Shown in pieces: positions 12,752 to 25,339 of a stretch of DNA of 64,000 nt; the stretch's first letter is position 1, and each line of letters opens with the position of its first letter. Below the pieces are notes generated by a model, which was given only the letters and a program-made list of their open reading frames with translations, ran no database searches and was not told where the DNA came from. Made by a program: the position numbers and the translations under genes. The stretch is from Octopus sinensis (taxonomy: Eukaryota). The DNA lies in contig NC_043018.1 of the NCBI RefSeq assembly GCF_006345805.1, positions 7,192,001-7,256,000 on the forward strand. The letters are read 5' to 3'.

Positions 12752-13254
12752 TATATTAAATTAGAGATAAAACCACTATTAGGCAAATCAAACAATGAAA
12801 AACATAAGCCAATACATAAAATTAATTAATTTATATTATTTTAAATATATATCAAAAGTAGTAAAAGTTTAATAAAAGATAAAGAGTAAAACACTACGAT
12901 CGTTTCATGGCTGTACAATTCGTAATAATTCGAGTTATGGTTACAGTCAATCTTCAGGTAATTGAAATATTTATCTTAGCGAGGTTTAGCAATGTTCATT
13001 AGCCCAAGGTTCATTGCTAAACCTCGCTAAGATAAATATTTCAATTACCTGAAGATTGACTGTAACCATAACTCGAATTATTACGAATTGTACAGCCATA
13101 AAACGATCGTAGTGTTTTACTCCTTATCTTTTATTAAACTTTTAATACTTTTGATATATATTTAAAATAATATAAATTAATTAATTTTATGTATTGGCTT
13201 ATGTTTTTCATTGTTTGATTTGCCTAATAGTGGTTTTATCTCTAATTTAATATA
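12752..13254. repeat. Near-perfect palindrome: ~243-bp arms, 17-nt spacer, probably Penelope pLTR-derived
   Basis: 12752-12994 is the reverse complement of 13012-13254 with few mismatches; a related terminal sequence occurs at ~45630. Confidence 0.95.
12892..12960 (-). ncRNA. Type I hammerhead ribozyme-like motif (PLE-type, palindromic stem III)
   Basis: TAC-CTGAAGA-T-TGACTGTA...TACAGCCA-T-GAAAC-GATC-GT-A-GTG; the mirror copy at 13046-13114 (+) has G12>A. Confidence 0.6.
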
Positions 13255-13707
13255 TATATATATATGGAGAGAGAGAGAGAGAGAGACATTCATTATATAT
13301 TCATATAAATATATGAGGTGGTATCAAATGTTCCTGGACTAGTTTTGTAGTGGGCCAACAGATGGCAGCCTATGGTTGTGTGTGCAGTGAGAGCTAGCAG
13401 TGACCTTTATTGGGGCAGTGTGCCGAGTGATGTTGCTGTGTATACTTTATGAAATTTGTGTTTTTGTGGTCATGTGTATACTGTAGTCTGTGATTTTTGC
13501 CATGCACAGGAAACTGGAACAAAGAACCAATGTGAAATTTTGTGTTAAACTTGGGAAGTCTGCTACAGAGACATTGAGCATGCTTTGGCAAGCTTACAAC
13601 AATGAAGCAATGGGTTGTATGCAATGTTTTGAGTGACATGGGTACACAACTGAGCCACAGCTCAAGCAAGAACATGCTCATCAGTTTTTTTTTTTCAACA
13701 TCCATGG

Positions 13708-14241
13708 TACTTGTACTTGTGATGGTATTCACCTAGGGCAGGTTGAGACGGCTTCTTCTCTGGTCCTAATGACATCACCAACCATGGTGGCCCATGCTCG
13801 ATGGTCCTGTGCGAGGTCACTGGAGATGGCGAGCCATTCGCAGTTTCATCTGCGCAGACCGACCACCTGCGAACCTGAGAGTTCGGAGAGGTCCTCCTTT
13901 ATCGTCGTTGCCCAGGTCTTCAGCTGCCTGCCCGTGCGTTTGCACCAGTTGGGAAGTGGAGGTGGGAGGAGGACATTGTGAATCAGCTCACCCTCTGGAC
14001 GCCGAGCCCCATGACCAAACCACCTTAAGCGCCGTTGTATAAGCACTGAAGGGAGGGGCCGGAGATTCAGGCGATGATGAAGACTGGCTGATCGACTACC
14101 CTCACAGCCCACGTTTTACAACCATACAGGAGGATAGTACGAATGACGGCCTGGTAGATTTGCCCTTTGGTCACCAAGGAGATCTCTCTTCTATCCCACA
14201 GGCACCACTGGACGCACACAGATGCGGATCTGGCAGCACCT
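13708..14241 (-). mobile_element. 5'-truncated RTE-clade LINE 3' end inserted in the mariner transposase
   Basis: TKGQIYQAVIRTILLYGCKTW and QRRLRWFGH motifs, (CAAGTA)n tail, TGGTA duplicated at both ends; removal restores the mariner H-G-I-V-H reading. Confidence 0.85.
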
Positions 14242-14716
14242 GTGGTATTGTGCATCAAAAATTTGTCCCCCAGGACCCGACCGTCAATCGAGAGTTCTAA
14301 TGTGACTTTTTGAAGCATTTGGAGGAGGACATTTAATGAAAGCAACCAGATCTGTGGAGTGAGAATTGGATCCTCCTTGACAACAATACGCCCTATCATT
14401 GACCTCTCCTCACTCATGAGTTTCTCACCAAATACAACATGATATCGCTCCTGCACCTGTCCTATTCACCAGATTTAGCCCCAGCAAACTTCCATCTCTT
14501 CCCCAAGATCAAAAGGTATTTCAAAGATCAACATTTTAACACCCATTGTCGAGATCCAGAGCGAATTGTAGGTCTTCCAATCGTTTATGGAAAATGACTT
14601 CTAGGCAGGATTCCAAAAGTGGCAGGAACGTTGGGACTGGTGTATTGCCATGCAAGTTGACTATTTCGAAGAGGATGGTGTTAAAACTTAGATAAATAAT
14701 TTATTTTTTATTAAAC

Positions 14717-15111
14717 ACTAGCAGTATCGCCCGGCGTTGCTCGGGTTGTAAGGGAAATAACTATATAAGCATTTTTAGAGAGTTATAGCCAAAAAATAGC
14801 AAAAAAATGCATAAAAATTGAAAAAAAATTAAGGTAAATTTTTTTTAAATCGTTGACACATCGTAGATATTTTTAGAGAGTTACTTCCCTTATATAAAAG
14901 CGGAAAAAATGCATTAAAATGGAAAAATATGATGGTAAATTTTTTTTTAATCGTAGACTCATCGTAGACGCACGCTAATACCCAGAAGGGCTCGATATGA
15001 ATCACGACTATAAGATACCCGCTTTTGGTTAAACTGCACCGCAAAATGTGGGAGTAGTTACGAATCTAAATCGTAGGAGACAGACACACAACTTCACTCT
15101 TATATAAAGAT
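14717..15111 (+). mobile_element. Helentron/DINE-like non-autonomous element
   Basis: ACTAGCAGTATCGCCCGGCGTTGCTCGGG start; ends GACAGACACAC...CTTATATAAAGAT. Confidence 0.6.
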
Positions 15112-15890
15112 GCTTTTTTTTTCAGTCATAGAGTTAGATTTATGAAGGTCTTCAGTAGAAAATCCTTCGAATTCTGACTCGCTGCTTGATATAATGAAAT
15201 TCGTATCCATTTTTTGTCAGAATTACAAATTTTGAAAACACAATAGGAACAAATTTCGGAAAAAAATCTCCCATAATTCACGGAATTAAAATTACACTTC
15301 GATTTTTGTACAAAACTGTATTTGAAGTGTTTACGAAGTATCATACGTGTTTTCACGAATGTACTAAAGAGATTTACTCTGATATTCTCATTTAAATATG
15401 AATAGGTAAATTCGGGCGGTTTGGTAACGAAAGGGTTTATATAAGTGTCGTCTGTTTATACATAAACACTGTTTCATACTTTCAGTTTAGTCTTCCTCAA
15501 ATCACTCTGTGGCTATTTACTCTCTTCCAAGAACATTTTCACTCACTCTTATCTGTTAGCTTGCCATACATTTTACTCATGTATCTATCAGCGTGATAGA
15601 CAGAAACAAATATTACATCTAGTTTCACTTTATTCGTTGCACACTGTGTGTGTGCGTTTGCGTGTGCTGTAAACCAGACTAAGAAAAGCATTTGACATAC
15701 ACACCAGAATGTGAGTTTTCTGTAAATTTTGCTTAATTGGAGTTTAAATTTTAAAAACTGGACCTGGCAAAACCCGATGCATTCTACTCTTAAAAATGCT
15801 AGGTAAATTGTAATTGAAGAAATCCTATATTGTAGATTTCTATAACTGACAAAGGGAGGCAGATAAAATCTGCCTTTTATAATAAGAGAT
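15112..15890 (+). mobile_element. Second probable Helentron-like element
   Basis: Terminal hairpin GGCAGAT-AAA-ATCTGCC followed by TTTTATAATAAGAGAT; lies between the mariner ORF end and its right TIR. Confidence 0.45.
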
Positions 15891-16800
15891 AACTAGTCCG
15901 GGGACTTTTTGATAGCATCTTGTATGTACATACACATGCATGCTGACACACAGTCAAATTACTAAAACACACACATTGTTACTGTGTTTGAATGGCTGGT
16001 TTCTTGATATGAAAAAATTAGATGCAAAAGCAAATGCTGTTGTGCACTGGGAATGTCATTTTTCCAATAAACAAAAACAACCCTGGTGGAGTTTGAACTC
16101 AGAACATACAGAGAGATGAAATACCACTAAGCATTTTGCCTGGCGTGCTAACGATTCTGCCAGCTTGCTACATTTAAGTAGACTTTAATATGAAGGTTGT
16201 TGTAGGTGGTGAGCCGACAGCATCATTACTGTGCTGGATAAAATACTTAGTGTTGTTTCTTTTGACTCTTTACTTTCCGAGTTCAAATCCCACCCAGGTC
16301 AGCTTTGCAGTTCATCCTCTTGGAGTCGATGAAATAAAGTGCAAGTCAATTACTGAGGTCAATGTAATCATTAAAACTTCTCTCTCTAAAATTGCTTCTT
16401 TTTTCTTCTTTTTTTTTATTAAGATGCCATTATTTTGGCACCTTGTGCCAAAATTCAAAATGATATAAAGGTCGTTTCCTCTGCAGTCCTTTACCAACCA
16501 CAGTGCAAAATTACTGAAACAAAAAAATCAATATGTCTACCAAAATGTAGTTATACTGTTAGAAAAAATTTATCTTGAGAACCAAATGCAAAAAACAGAT
16601 CATTACAAGACATAGGTGGTCGGTTATGTTCTTCGATAAACAGCATAACTGGACAAACTTCAGATTTGGCTTTGAGTCAAACAAATGCCTACCAATCAAC
16701 AAACTACTCCAGCGAGGTGAAGACAAAATGTTTTCCTTTGTGAAACATTTTAAATTTAGAAAATTCAGCGATATCTTCCAGACGGAATTATCTGTCATAC

Positions 16801-16846
16801 CGAGGGAAATTAAAAATTCTAATAAAACTTTGTGCAATCTGATGAA
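16801..16846 (-). CDS. Candidate upstream exon (xHQIAQSFIRIFNFPR); an alternative reading is a 154-nt exon ending at 16693
   Basis: GATTTTTCATAG acceptor and GTATGA donor; linkage to the other exons not established. Confidence 0.3.
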
Positions 16847-17185
16847 CTATGAAAAATCATTATGAAATACAGAACACTTATCACTTAAGATGTGTATCTG
16901 CCTCCAACTTCAAAAACTTCCTGGAAAGTTAACTGGAACACCATGAGATTAATACTAATGGCCAAAAAAAGCTATGTCCGTCCTTAACTCTGATGACAAC
17001 ACTGAATCAATAAAAACACAGCAGCCTTACTTTATATTTAAGTACCATAAAGTACCATAAAGAACCATAAAACAAATTTAAAACAGAAAACTTTTATTAG
17101 GTTAATTTACTCTGCAAAAACTGATAGGTTATCTTTTATCTTTTACTTGTTTCAGTCACTGGACTGTGGCCATGCTGGGGTGCTT

Positions 17186-17462
17186 GCCAATGCCGCTGGA
17201 CTGGCTCCTGTGCAGGTGACACATAAAAACACCACTTGAGTGTGGCCGTTGCCAGTATTGCCTGACTGGCCTTCGTGCCGGTGGTACGTAAAAGCACCCA
17301 CTACACTCTCGGAGTGGTTGGCGTTAGGAAGGGCATCCAGCTGTAGAAACTCTGCCAGATCAGATTGGAGCCTGGTGCAGCCATCTGGTTCGCCAGTCCT
17401 CAGTCAAATCCTCCAACTATTTGCTAGCATGGAAAGCGGACATTAAACGATGATGAAGATGA
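17186..17462 (+). mobile_element. SINE-like family D (RTE-related, (GAT)n tail)
   Basis: GGTTGGCGTTAGGAAGGGCATCCAGC ... GCATGGAAAGCGGACATTAAACGATGATG. Confidence 0.8.
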
Positions 17463-18947
17463 ATCGACCCCAGTACTTCTGTTTTGTTTAAAGTCTGGTT
17501 CTTATTCTGCCATCTCTTTTGCCAAACTACTAAGTTACTGGGATGTAAACAAACTAAATTCGGTTATCAAGCAAGGCCCAGAGGTGACGAATATACACAT
17601 AAAGACCCACACAGATAGGCACACAAATGCACACACTCACACACACATACATATATATACACACTTGATTGGCTTCCACACAGTTTTCATTTACCAAATT
17701 CACTCGCAAGGCATAGATCGGCTCGGAATTCCACACAGTGGGACTGAACCTGAAACCAGCTGGTTGTAAAGCAAGCCTCTTAACCACACATCTATTTCCT
17801 CGCCTTATACATGTGTTATTATTTTAAAAATACCAGTCCAAATCATATAAAGACTTAAGGGGGATTTTACTCCTACTGCTTGTAATAAATAATTTGACAG
17901 TCTCTGAATGAATTAAATCTACCAAAAATAAGACAAGCATTAAGTTTGCACAATATGATAAAATATTACTACAATGTTATAACAAATAAAGTTTTCATAT
18001 GTACCTTACAAAATATATTTAATTGTTTCTATCCCTATGTATCTCTCACCTCAATTGCTTTCCCTGTACATTCTTCTCTCACCTCCATCCACACTGCATA
18101 TTATCTGTGCTTCTCATTTCTCTGTACTTCTATTATACTGTTGTTCTCTACCCTCCCCTTTCACTATGTAGAGCCACTACTTCATATTGAAAAGTCACAG
18201 CTCCAGTGCTATGGATATGTGATTAGAATGTCGCAGAAAAGAATCAGGAGACAAACAAAACTATTTAATAATCTTCCTTTTAATTCAGTCGTTGCTACCC
18301 TAGTAACAAAGATATACTTGTCTTTCTTAGGAAACACTTCCCTGCACAGTGCAAAATGACAAAAGGTTTGATAGCCTTACAATAAAAATATCTTACTCCA
18401 CCACTTCTACTTTTTCTTATATTCTTACTTCTCCCAACTTGTCTGGATTAAACCAGTCTACAACCAACCAAACACTAACAACTTAAAATTCATGAACTCC
18501 AACATCTGCCTCATGGAATTTACCAGTGCACCATACAAAGTGTTTCAGTCAGCACACATATACAGAAAATATGACACCACTCTGCAGTTTTATTTGGGAT
18601 TTGATAACAACATCAACCAAAGCAAAGATATCCAAAGACACATTCTTATAATGGAAACACAAATCTTTGCAACCTGTGCACAACCAAGATCTTCGAAATT
18701 CGTTTTTCTAAAACACTAATTTTCAACCGATATTCAGAACAAATCTTTTCATGCCAAAAAATAAAAATTCGGAATTTCACCAAATTTTAAAACTTACATG
18801 TAATCAAATAAGTATACCCATATAGTATATTACAAATTCTCAATATTCACTTAATTATTTTAATTTGTTTTTATGAATGTATTCCCTCAACCTTAAATTT
18901 ATTTCGCTTTCCGTGTTCCACATTTATTGAGTGTAACCATATGATAC

Positions 18948-19182
18948 ACCTATTTCTTTACTACCCACAAGGGGCTAAACGCAGAGAGGACAAACAAGGA
19001 CAGACACACGGATTAAGTCGATTACATTGTCCCCAGTGCATAACTGGTACTTATTTAATCGACCCTGAAAGGATGAAAGGCAAAGTCGACCTTGGCGGAA
19101 TTTGAACTCAGAACGTAACGGCAGACGAAATACAGCTACGCATTTCACCCGGCGCGCTAACAATTCTGCCATCTTGCTGCCT
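18948..19182 (-). mobile_element. SINE family A
   Basis: Reverse-complement match. Confidence 0.9.
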
Positions 19183-19424
19183 TGTAACCATATGATACAC
19201 CGTTAGCATTTTAGAACTTTTATAATGTATCCACACAAGTGTATATGGATGTATATACCTTTACATAAGGGTTCACTTGGTTTTAGTACACCGTGTTATA
19301 TATGTTCTCAGCTCTTTTGTTTTTTTATAATTTTGCATATATTCTCCCTTTTATTCACTGTATATATGTATGTATGCTATTGTGTGTGTATGCAATTGAA
19401 TTCCTCTATGTGTATATATTTGCA

Positions 19425-19815
19425 TACTCTTTTACTCTTTTCAGTGATTTGACTGCAGCCTTTAGTCAAGCAAATCGACCCCGGGACTTATTCTTTGTAA
19501 GCCCAGTACTTATTCTATCGGTCTCTTTGGCCGAACCGCTAAGTTACGGGGACATAAACACACCAGCATCAGTTGTCAAGCGATGTTGGGGGGACAAACA
19601 CAGACACACAAACATATACACACACATATATATATATATATACATGTATACGACAGGCTTCTTTCAGTTTCCGTCTACCAAATCCACTCACAAGGTATTG
19701 CTCGGCCCGGGGCTATAGCAGAAGACACTTGCCCAAGATGCCATGCAGTGGGACTGAACCCGGAACCGTGTGGTTGGTTAGCAAGCTACTTACCACACAG
19801 CCACTCCTGCGCCTA
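19425..19815 (-). mobile_element. SINE family B, full length; inverted relative to the 20035-20466 copy
   Basis: Head and tail motifs on the minus strand. Confidence 0.9.
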
Positions 19816-20034
19816 TGAGTATGAACATGTTTGCTTATGTGACGTTGTGTTCTCCTAGACATGTCTTAACATATGAGTGTAACGTAACTTATTTAATGAC
19901 ATCCTATATACATGTGTGAGGATTTCAAGTCTATGTTTGACAAAATAGACATAACAGTATATATCTAATGTGTGTGTGTGTGTGTATGTGGGTACTGCTG
20001 TGTGAAATCAAGAAAAAAAATATGAGTGAACATA

Positions 20035-20466
20035 GGCGCAGGAGTGGCTGTGTGGTAAGTAGCTTGCTTACCAACCACATGGTTCCGGGTTCAGTCCCAC
20101 TGTGTGGAATCTTGGGCAAGTGTCTTCTACTATAGCCTCGGCCAACCAAAGCCTTGTGAGTGGATTTGGTAGACGGAAACTCAGAGTAACAGGTTTTGTT
20201 GAATTTTCTGCTGCTTTAAATAAAGTATATATATATATATGTGTGTGTGTGTATATGTTTGTGTGTCTGTGTTTGTCCCCCCAACATCACTTGACAACCG
20301 ATGCTGGTGTGTTTATATCCCAGTAACTTAGCGGTTTGGCAAAAGACCGATAGAATAAGTTCTAGGCCTACAAAGAATAAGTCCTGGGGTCGATTTACTC
20401 GACTAAAGGCGGTGCTCCAGCATGGCCACAGTCAAATGACTGAAACAAGTAAAAGAGTAAAGAGTA
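20035..20466 (+). mobile_element. SINE family B with an internal ~50 bp foreign insert
   Basis: GGCGCAGGAGTGGCTGTGTGG head; AAAAGAGT tail. Confidence 0.9.
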
Positions 20467-20592
20467 TGCTATGAGGAATGGAAAAATCTGACGTTTTGGA
20501 CAAAGTCTTTCTTCGAGGGAAAAGTTGAAAGTCAAGAAATTAATGAGAGACATCAGAGTTTTACATCCTGTAAGTTGAAAAGAACTTTTCCT

Positions 20593-20620
20593 CTGAAGAA
20601 GGACCGTGTCCGAAACGTTA
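20593..20620 (+). ncRNA. Minimal hammerhead core (PLE-type); stem I not evident
   Basis: CTGAAGA-A-GGAC-CGT-GTCC-GAAAC-GTT. Confidence 0.5.
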
Positions 20621-20747
20621 TGTTTCCACTGTTCACATCAGGTCCGCTGAACTCATTTTATTGATTTCATGAAGTAATATGTCTTGCCGACACAGAACAG
20701 CGACACCAGCATCATCGGAGCCTACTGCTTCACAGATCTATCCATCC

Positions 20748-20778
<31 letters not shown>

Positions 20779-21101
20779 GAGATATATATATATATTTCTA
20801 TATATAATATATATATACAAACACACACACACGTATATATATATATATATAATTATTTTTATATATATACTATATATAAGCAATATAGGATGAAGTCCCT
20901 TATCTACAGCAAAGGAATTCATCAGGGAAGCTGTGGGCAGTAGATTAAAAAAACCGTTAGTTGCAATATACATCATATAATTAGGGCTAAAGAGGGTTAT
21001 TCTGAAGCCAAATACACTGTTTTTCCACTTATAATCGCTTGTTACAGGAAAATTGAAACTGAAAACGGGCAACTAACTTTAGAAAATTTAAATTTCGTTA
21101 T

Positions 21102-21167
21102 CTTATATTGAATCAATTTCGGACTTAATCTTATAAAAAAAAAAGATATATTCCTTCTTCAGTAGAA
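21102..21167 (-). ncRNA. Type I hammerhead ribozyme, copy 1 (stem I disrupted by a 1-nt difference)
   Basis: Same core and stems II/III as 22023-22087; 3' strand TAAGA instead of TAGAG. Confidence 0.65.
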
Positions 21168-21602
21168 CTTTCGATGGGATATAAATAAAATACTCACGTA
21201 TGATCATGGAAAAAGCCACAAGCTAAAAAATAACTACACTTGAATACATCACTTATATAAAAATAAAAATTCTTTGGTCAGCCTCAGAAAACAACGTCCA
21301 GACCTTTCGCCGCTACAAATTGTAATGGTTACCAGTCCTCCTGTAGCAAGCATCGAGTTTACTACTAAGCAATATAGGATGAAGTCCCTTACTCTACAGC
21401 AAAGGAATTCATCAGGAAGCGTGGGCAGTAGTATTTATATTTAAAAAAACCGTTACGGTTGCAATATAATCATATAATTAAGGGCTAAAGAGGGTTATTC
21501 TGAAGCCAAATACACTGTTTTATCCACTTATAATCCGCTTGTTACAGGAAAATTGAAACTGAAAACGGGCAACTAACCTTTAGAAAATTTAAATTTCGTT
21601 AT

Positions 21603-21668
21603 CTCTATATTGAATCAATTTCGGACTTAATCTTATAAAAAAAAGATATATTCCTTCTTCAGTAGAAC
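21603..21668 (-). ncRNA. Type I hammerhead ribozyme, copy 2
   Basis: Reverse complement of 22023-22087; all three stems and the core are intact. Confidence 0.8.
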
Positions 21669-22022
21669 TTTCGATGGGATATAAATAAAATACTCACGTA
21701 TGATCATGGAAAAAGCACAAGCTAAAAACATAACTACACTTGAATACATCACTTATATCTAAAAATAAAAATTCTTTGGTCAGCCTCAGAAAACAACGTC
21801 CAGACCCTTCACCCTATATTGCTTAGTAGTAAACTCGATGCTTGCTACAGGAGGACTGGTAACCATTACAATTTGTAGCGGCGAAAGGTCTGGACGTTGT
21901 TTTCTGAGGCTGACCAAAGAATTTTTATTTTTAGATATAAGTGATGTATTCAAGTGTAGTTATGTTTTTAGCTTGTGCTTTTTCCATGATCATACGTGAG
22001 TTTTATTATATCCCATCGAAAG

Positions 22023-22087
22023 TTCTACTGAAGAAGGAATATATCTTTTTTTTATAAGATTAAGTCCGAAATTGATTCAATATAGAG
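22023..22087 (+). ncRNA. Type I hammerhead ribozyme, copy 3 (inverted arm)
   Basis: Stem I TTCTA/TAGAG; core CTGAAGA(A); stem II GGA/TCC with inner ATCTT/AAGAT; GAA; stem III ATTG-ATT-CAAT; cleavage predicted after AUA at 22082. Confidence 0.8.
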
Positions 22088-22318
22088 ATAACGAAATTTA
22101 AATTTTCTAAAGGTTAGTTGCCCGTTTTCAGTTTCAATTTCCTGTAACAAGCGGATTATAAGTGGATAAAACAGTGTATTTGGCTTCAGAATAACCCTCT
22201 TTAGCCCTTAATTATATGATATATATATATATATATTATATAATATATATATATATGACACACACACCACACACATATATTATACACACACAATACACAT
22301 ATATATATATATACATAG

Positions 22319-22353
<35 letters not shown>

Positions 22354-23091
22354 CACACACACACAAACACACACATATATATACACTCTCACACACAAAG
22401 ACACAGTTTTGATTAAATCGTCCAAAAGTCATTATTATTTATCTTCTCTTACTATTTTAATATTCATACATAACAGTTTACACACACACACATGTGTGTG
22501 TCAGTGTGTGTGTGTGTGTGTGTGTTATAGGTATTTGTAAGTGAACAAACGAAAGAAAGTAGCGATCGGCACATTTAGCTGGAGTTCTATGCATAGATAA
22601 TTATGCATATATAATTTTACACCCATCCATTCCTAATTATTTTATTAACACATACGTTAATGTCTCTGTACATGGCATCTCAACTAAATGTCTTACTCGG
22701 AAATTATATTTATATATTTCATTATTTGTTTGCTTGTTACATATTTGTGGAGATATAAATTCTTCCATTTATAGTCATTTGCATCAACACATTCACATGC
22801 ACACACACACATACATGCATACATACGTACAAACGTACACACATGCGTACACAGGCACTCGTGGGAAAGCACGCATTTTCAATTAACTCAACCTAAGGTT
22901 TGTAGTAGTTATCGCCCATTAATACTCGTTCTTTTAAATATTTATGGTATGGTCATGGGTGTGTGGTATAATGCTTGCTTCCCAGTCACAAGATTTTGGG
23001 CAACAAGGTAAGGCCTCGGCCCTAGCCTCAAGCCGACCAAAGTCTTGTGAGTGGACTTCATAGATGGGAAACTGAAAGAAGCCCATATATC

Positions 23092-23127
<36 letters not shown>

Positions 23128-23128
<1 letters not shown>

Positions 23129-23437
23129 CACCGTGATCACCATGACCGACCAGGCTATCAGATGTTGCTACACATCGCTGGTCACAATGCGCTTCGCATT
23201 ATTTTACCCTTCAAATGACGCCACCCCACTGGCTAAGCGGGCAGGCCAACAGAAGAAAGAGTGAGAGAAAGCTGTGGCGAAAGAGTACAGCAGGGATCGC
23301 CACCACCCCCTGCCAGAGCCTTGTGGAGCTTTTAGGTGTTTTCGCTCAATAAACACTCAGACGCCCGGTCTGGGAATCGAAACCGTGATCCTACGACCGC
23401 GAGTCTGCTGCCCTAACCACTAGGCCATTGCGCCGCC
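23128..23437 (-). mobile_element. SINE family C variant (alternative 3' tail)
   Basis: Same head as 7796-8173; near-identical to 23956-24255. Confidence 0.85.
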
Positions 23438-23930
23438 ACACACACATATATATATATATAAAACCAGCTTAGAGAAGAAGAAACGAAACGAAACGAATCG
23501 AATCGAATCGACGCGAAGGCGCTCAGTCATACAATAGTGTAATAAATAAAATATATGCATACATACATACATATATATACGTACGTGTGTGTGCATGTTG
23601 TGTGCGTGTGTCCTTGTGTTTATGTTTATCTTGAAAACCATTGTTGGCTTATTTAAGTATCTGTAACATAGCAGTCTGACAAAAAGAAACTAATGGAATA
23701 AGTTCCAGTCTTTAAAAAATAAGTACTGAGATGGATTTGTTCATCCAAACCCTTCAGGGTTGTGCTCCAGCATGGCCGCAGCCTAGTGACTGTGACAAGT
23801 GAAAGATAAAACATATTGTTAATGCCAATTCCAGACCTAAAAAACTGCCTTGCTTTGTGTATTGCCTCTGTGTGTGTGTGTTTGCATGCATGCATGTTTG
23901 TTTATATACATATATATATATTATACACAA

Positions 23931-23955
<25 letters not shown>

Positions 23956-23961
<6 letters not shown>

Positions 23962-24255
23962 CACTATTAGACCATCAGATGTTGCTACACATCGCTGGTC
24001 ACAATGCGTTCGCATTGTTTTACCCTTCAAATGACGCCACCCCACTGGCTAAGCGAGCAGGCCAACAGAAGAAAGAGTGAGAGAAAGAGTGGTGAAAGAG
24101 TACAGCAGGGATCACCACCACCCCCTGCCGGAGCCTTGTGGAGCTTTAAGGTGTTTTCGCTCAATAAACACACACAACGCCGGGTCTGGGAATCGAAACC
24201 GCGATCCTACGACCGTGAGTTCGCTGCCCTAACCACTAGGCCATTGCGCTTCCAC
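23956..24255 (-). mobile_element. SINE family C variant
   Basis: Second copy ~830 bp downstream of the first. Confidence 0.85.
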
Positions 24256-24256
24256 A

Positions 24257-24268
24257 TATTTATATATA

Positions 24269-24318
<50 letters not shown>

Positions 24319-24455
24319 GTATATAATATATATATATATATATTATATATAATATGTATATAATATATATATATGTATATATATGTATATATATATATAT
24401 ATAATATATATACATATATAATATATATATATATATATATATGTATAATAATATA

Positions 24456-24524
<69 letters not shown>

Positions 24525-24667
24525 ACATATAATATATATTATATAGATATTATATACATATATCTACACATATTATATTATTATATATATATATTATATA
24601 TAATGTATATAATATATATATATTATAATATGTATATAATAATATATAGATGTATATAATATATATG

Positions 24668-24714
<47 letters not shown>

Positions 24715-24727
24715 GTATATATATATG

Positions 24728-24760
<33 letters not shown>

Positions 24761-24796
24761 TATGTATATATATATATATATTCTATGTATATATAT

Positions 24797-24841
<45 letters not shown>

Positions 24842-24860
24842 ATACATATATTTGTATGTG
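24257..24860. repeat. Long imperfect (TA)n field
   Basis: Direct reading. Confidence 0.97.
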
Positions 24861-25339
24861 TGTGTATATATACATATGTGTGTGTAGGCAAGTTAATAAA
24901 GAAGGGTACAAATTAGTACCAGTAATTACTAGAAATAAGAGTCAAAAATGACTCGAATAGTCACACAAAGCACTAACCTCATGAATACACGAAAAGCGAG
25001 GGAGTGAGCTAGAGCATCTTTCTATGGAGAGACAAGCTCACAAAATGAAGCAAACAGATTTATCCTTGTCACATAATTTCAAACTCTGATCATTTTAATT
25101 CACCATTTTGAATTAGCACCAGCTTTCAATGGTTTTCTCATAAGTTGTACAAGGCAAGCTACCCTTTTAACCCGGAGTATCAGCGAGATCCTCTGATGAG
25201 AACTAAGATTATATAATAATACTGAAATTATTGTATACAGTGCTCAGGTGCACCACAACTTATCAAAAGTGCGTATAAAGCATATGCAGTAATGTAGAAA
25301 TGTCTGGAAAGTGAACAGTGTATGAGTCAGATACATGCT

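Larger units (their letters stand above)
13312..15924 (+). mobile_element. Degenerate mariner element with TIRs, carrying nested insertions
   Basis: TIRs 13312-13344 / 15891-15924; peptides EQRTNVKFCVKLGKSATET, HGIVHQKFVPPGPTVN, SYSPDLAPANFHLFPK, FQKWQERWDWCI. Confidence 0.85.
20878..22220. repeat. ~0.5 kb unit in tandem (20878-21366, 21367-~21810) plus an inverted copy (~21813-22220)
   Basis: AAGCAATATAGGATGAAGTCC at 20878 and 21367; 21813 onward is the reverse complement of the unit. Confidence 0.93.

Noticed and set aside
16575-16865. 96-aa plus-strand ORF
   Set aside because: No recognisable motif; antisense to a candidate exon with better splice signals
20915-20930. Second CTGATGA in the 0.5 kb unit as another hammerhead
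   Set aside because: No stem II or GAAA could be paired
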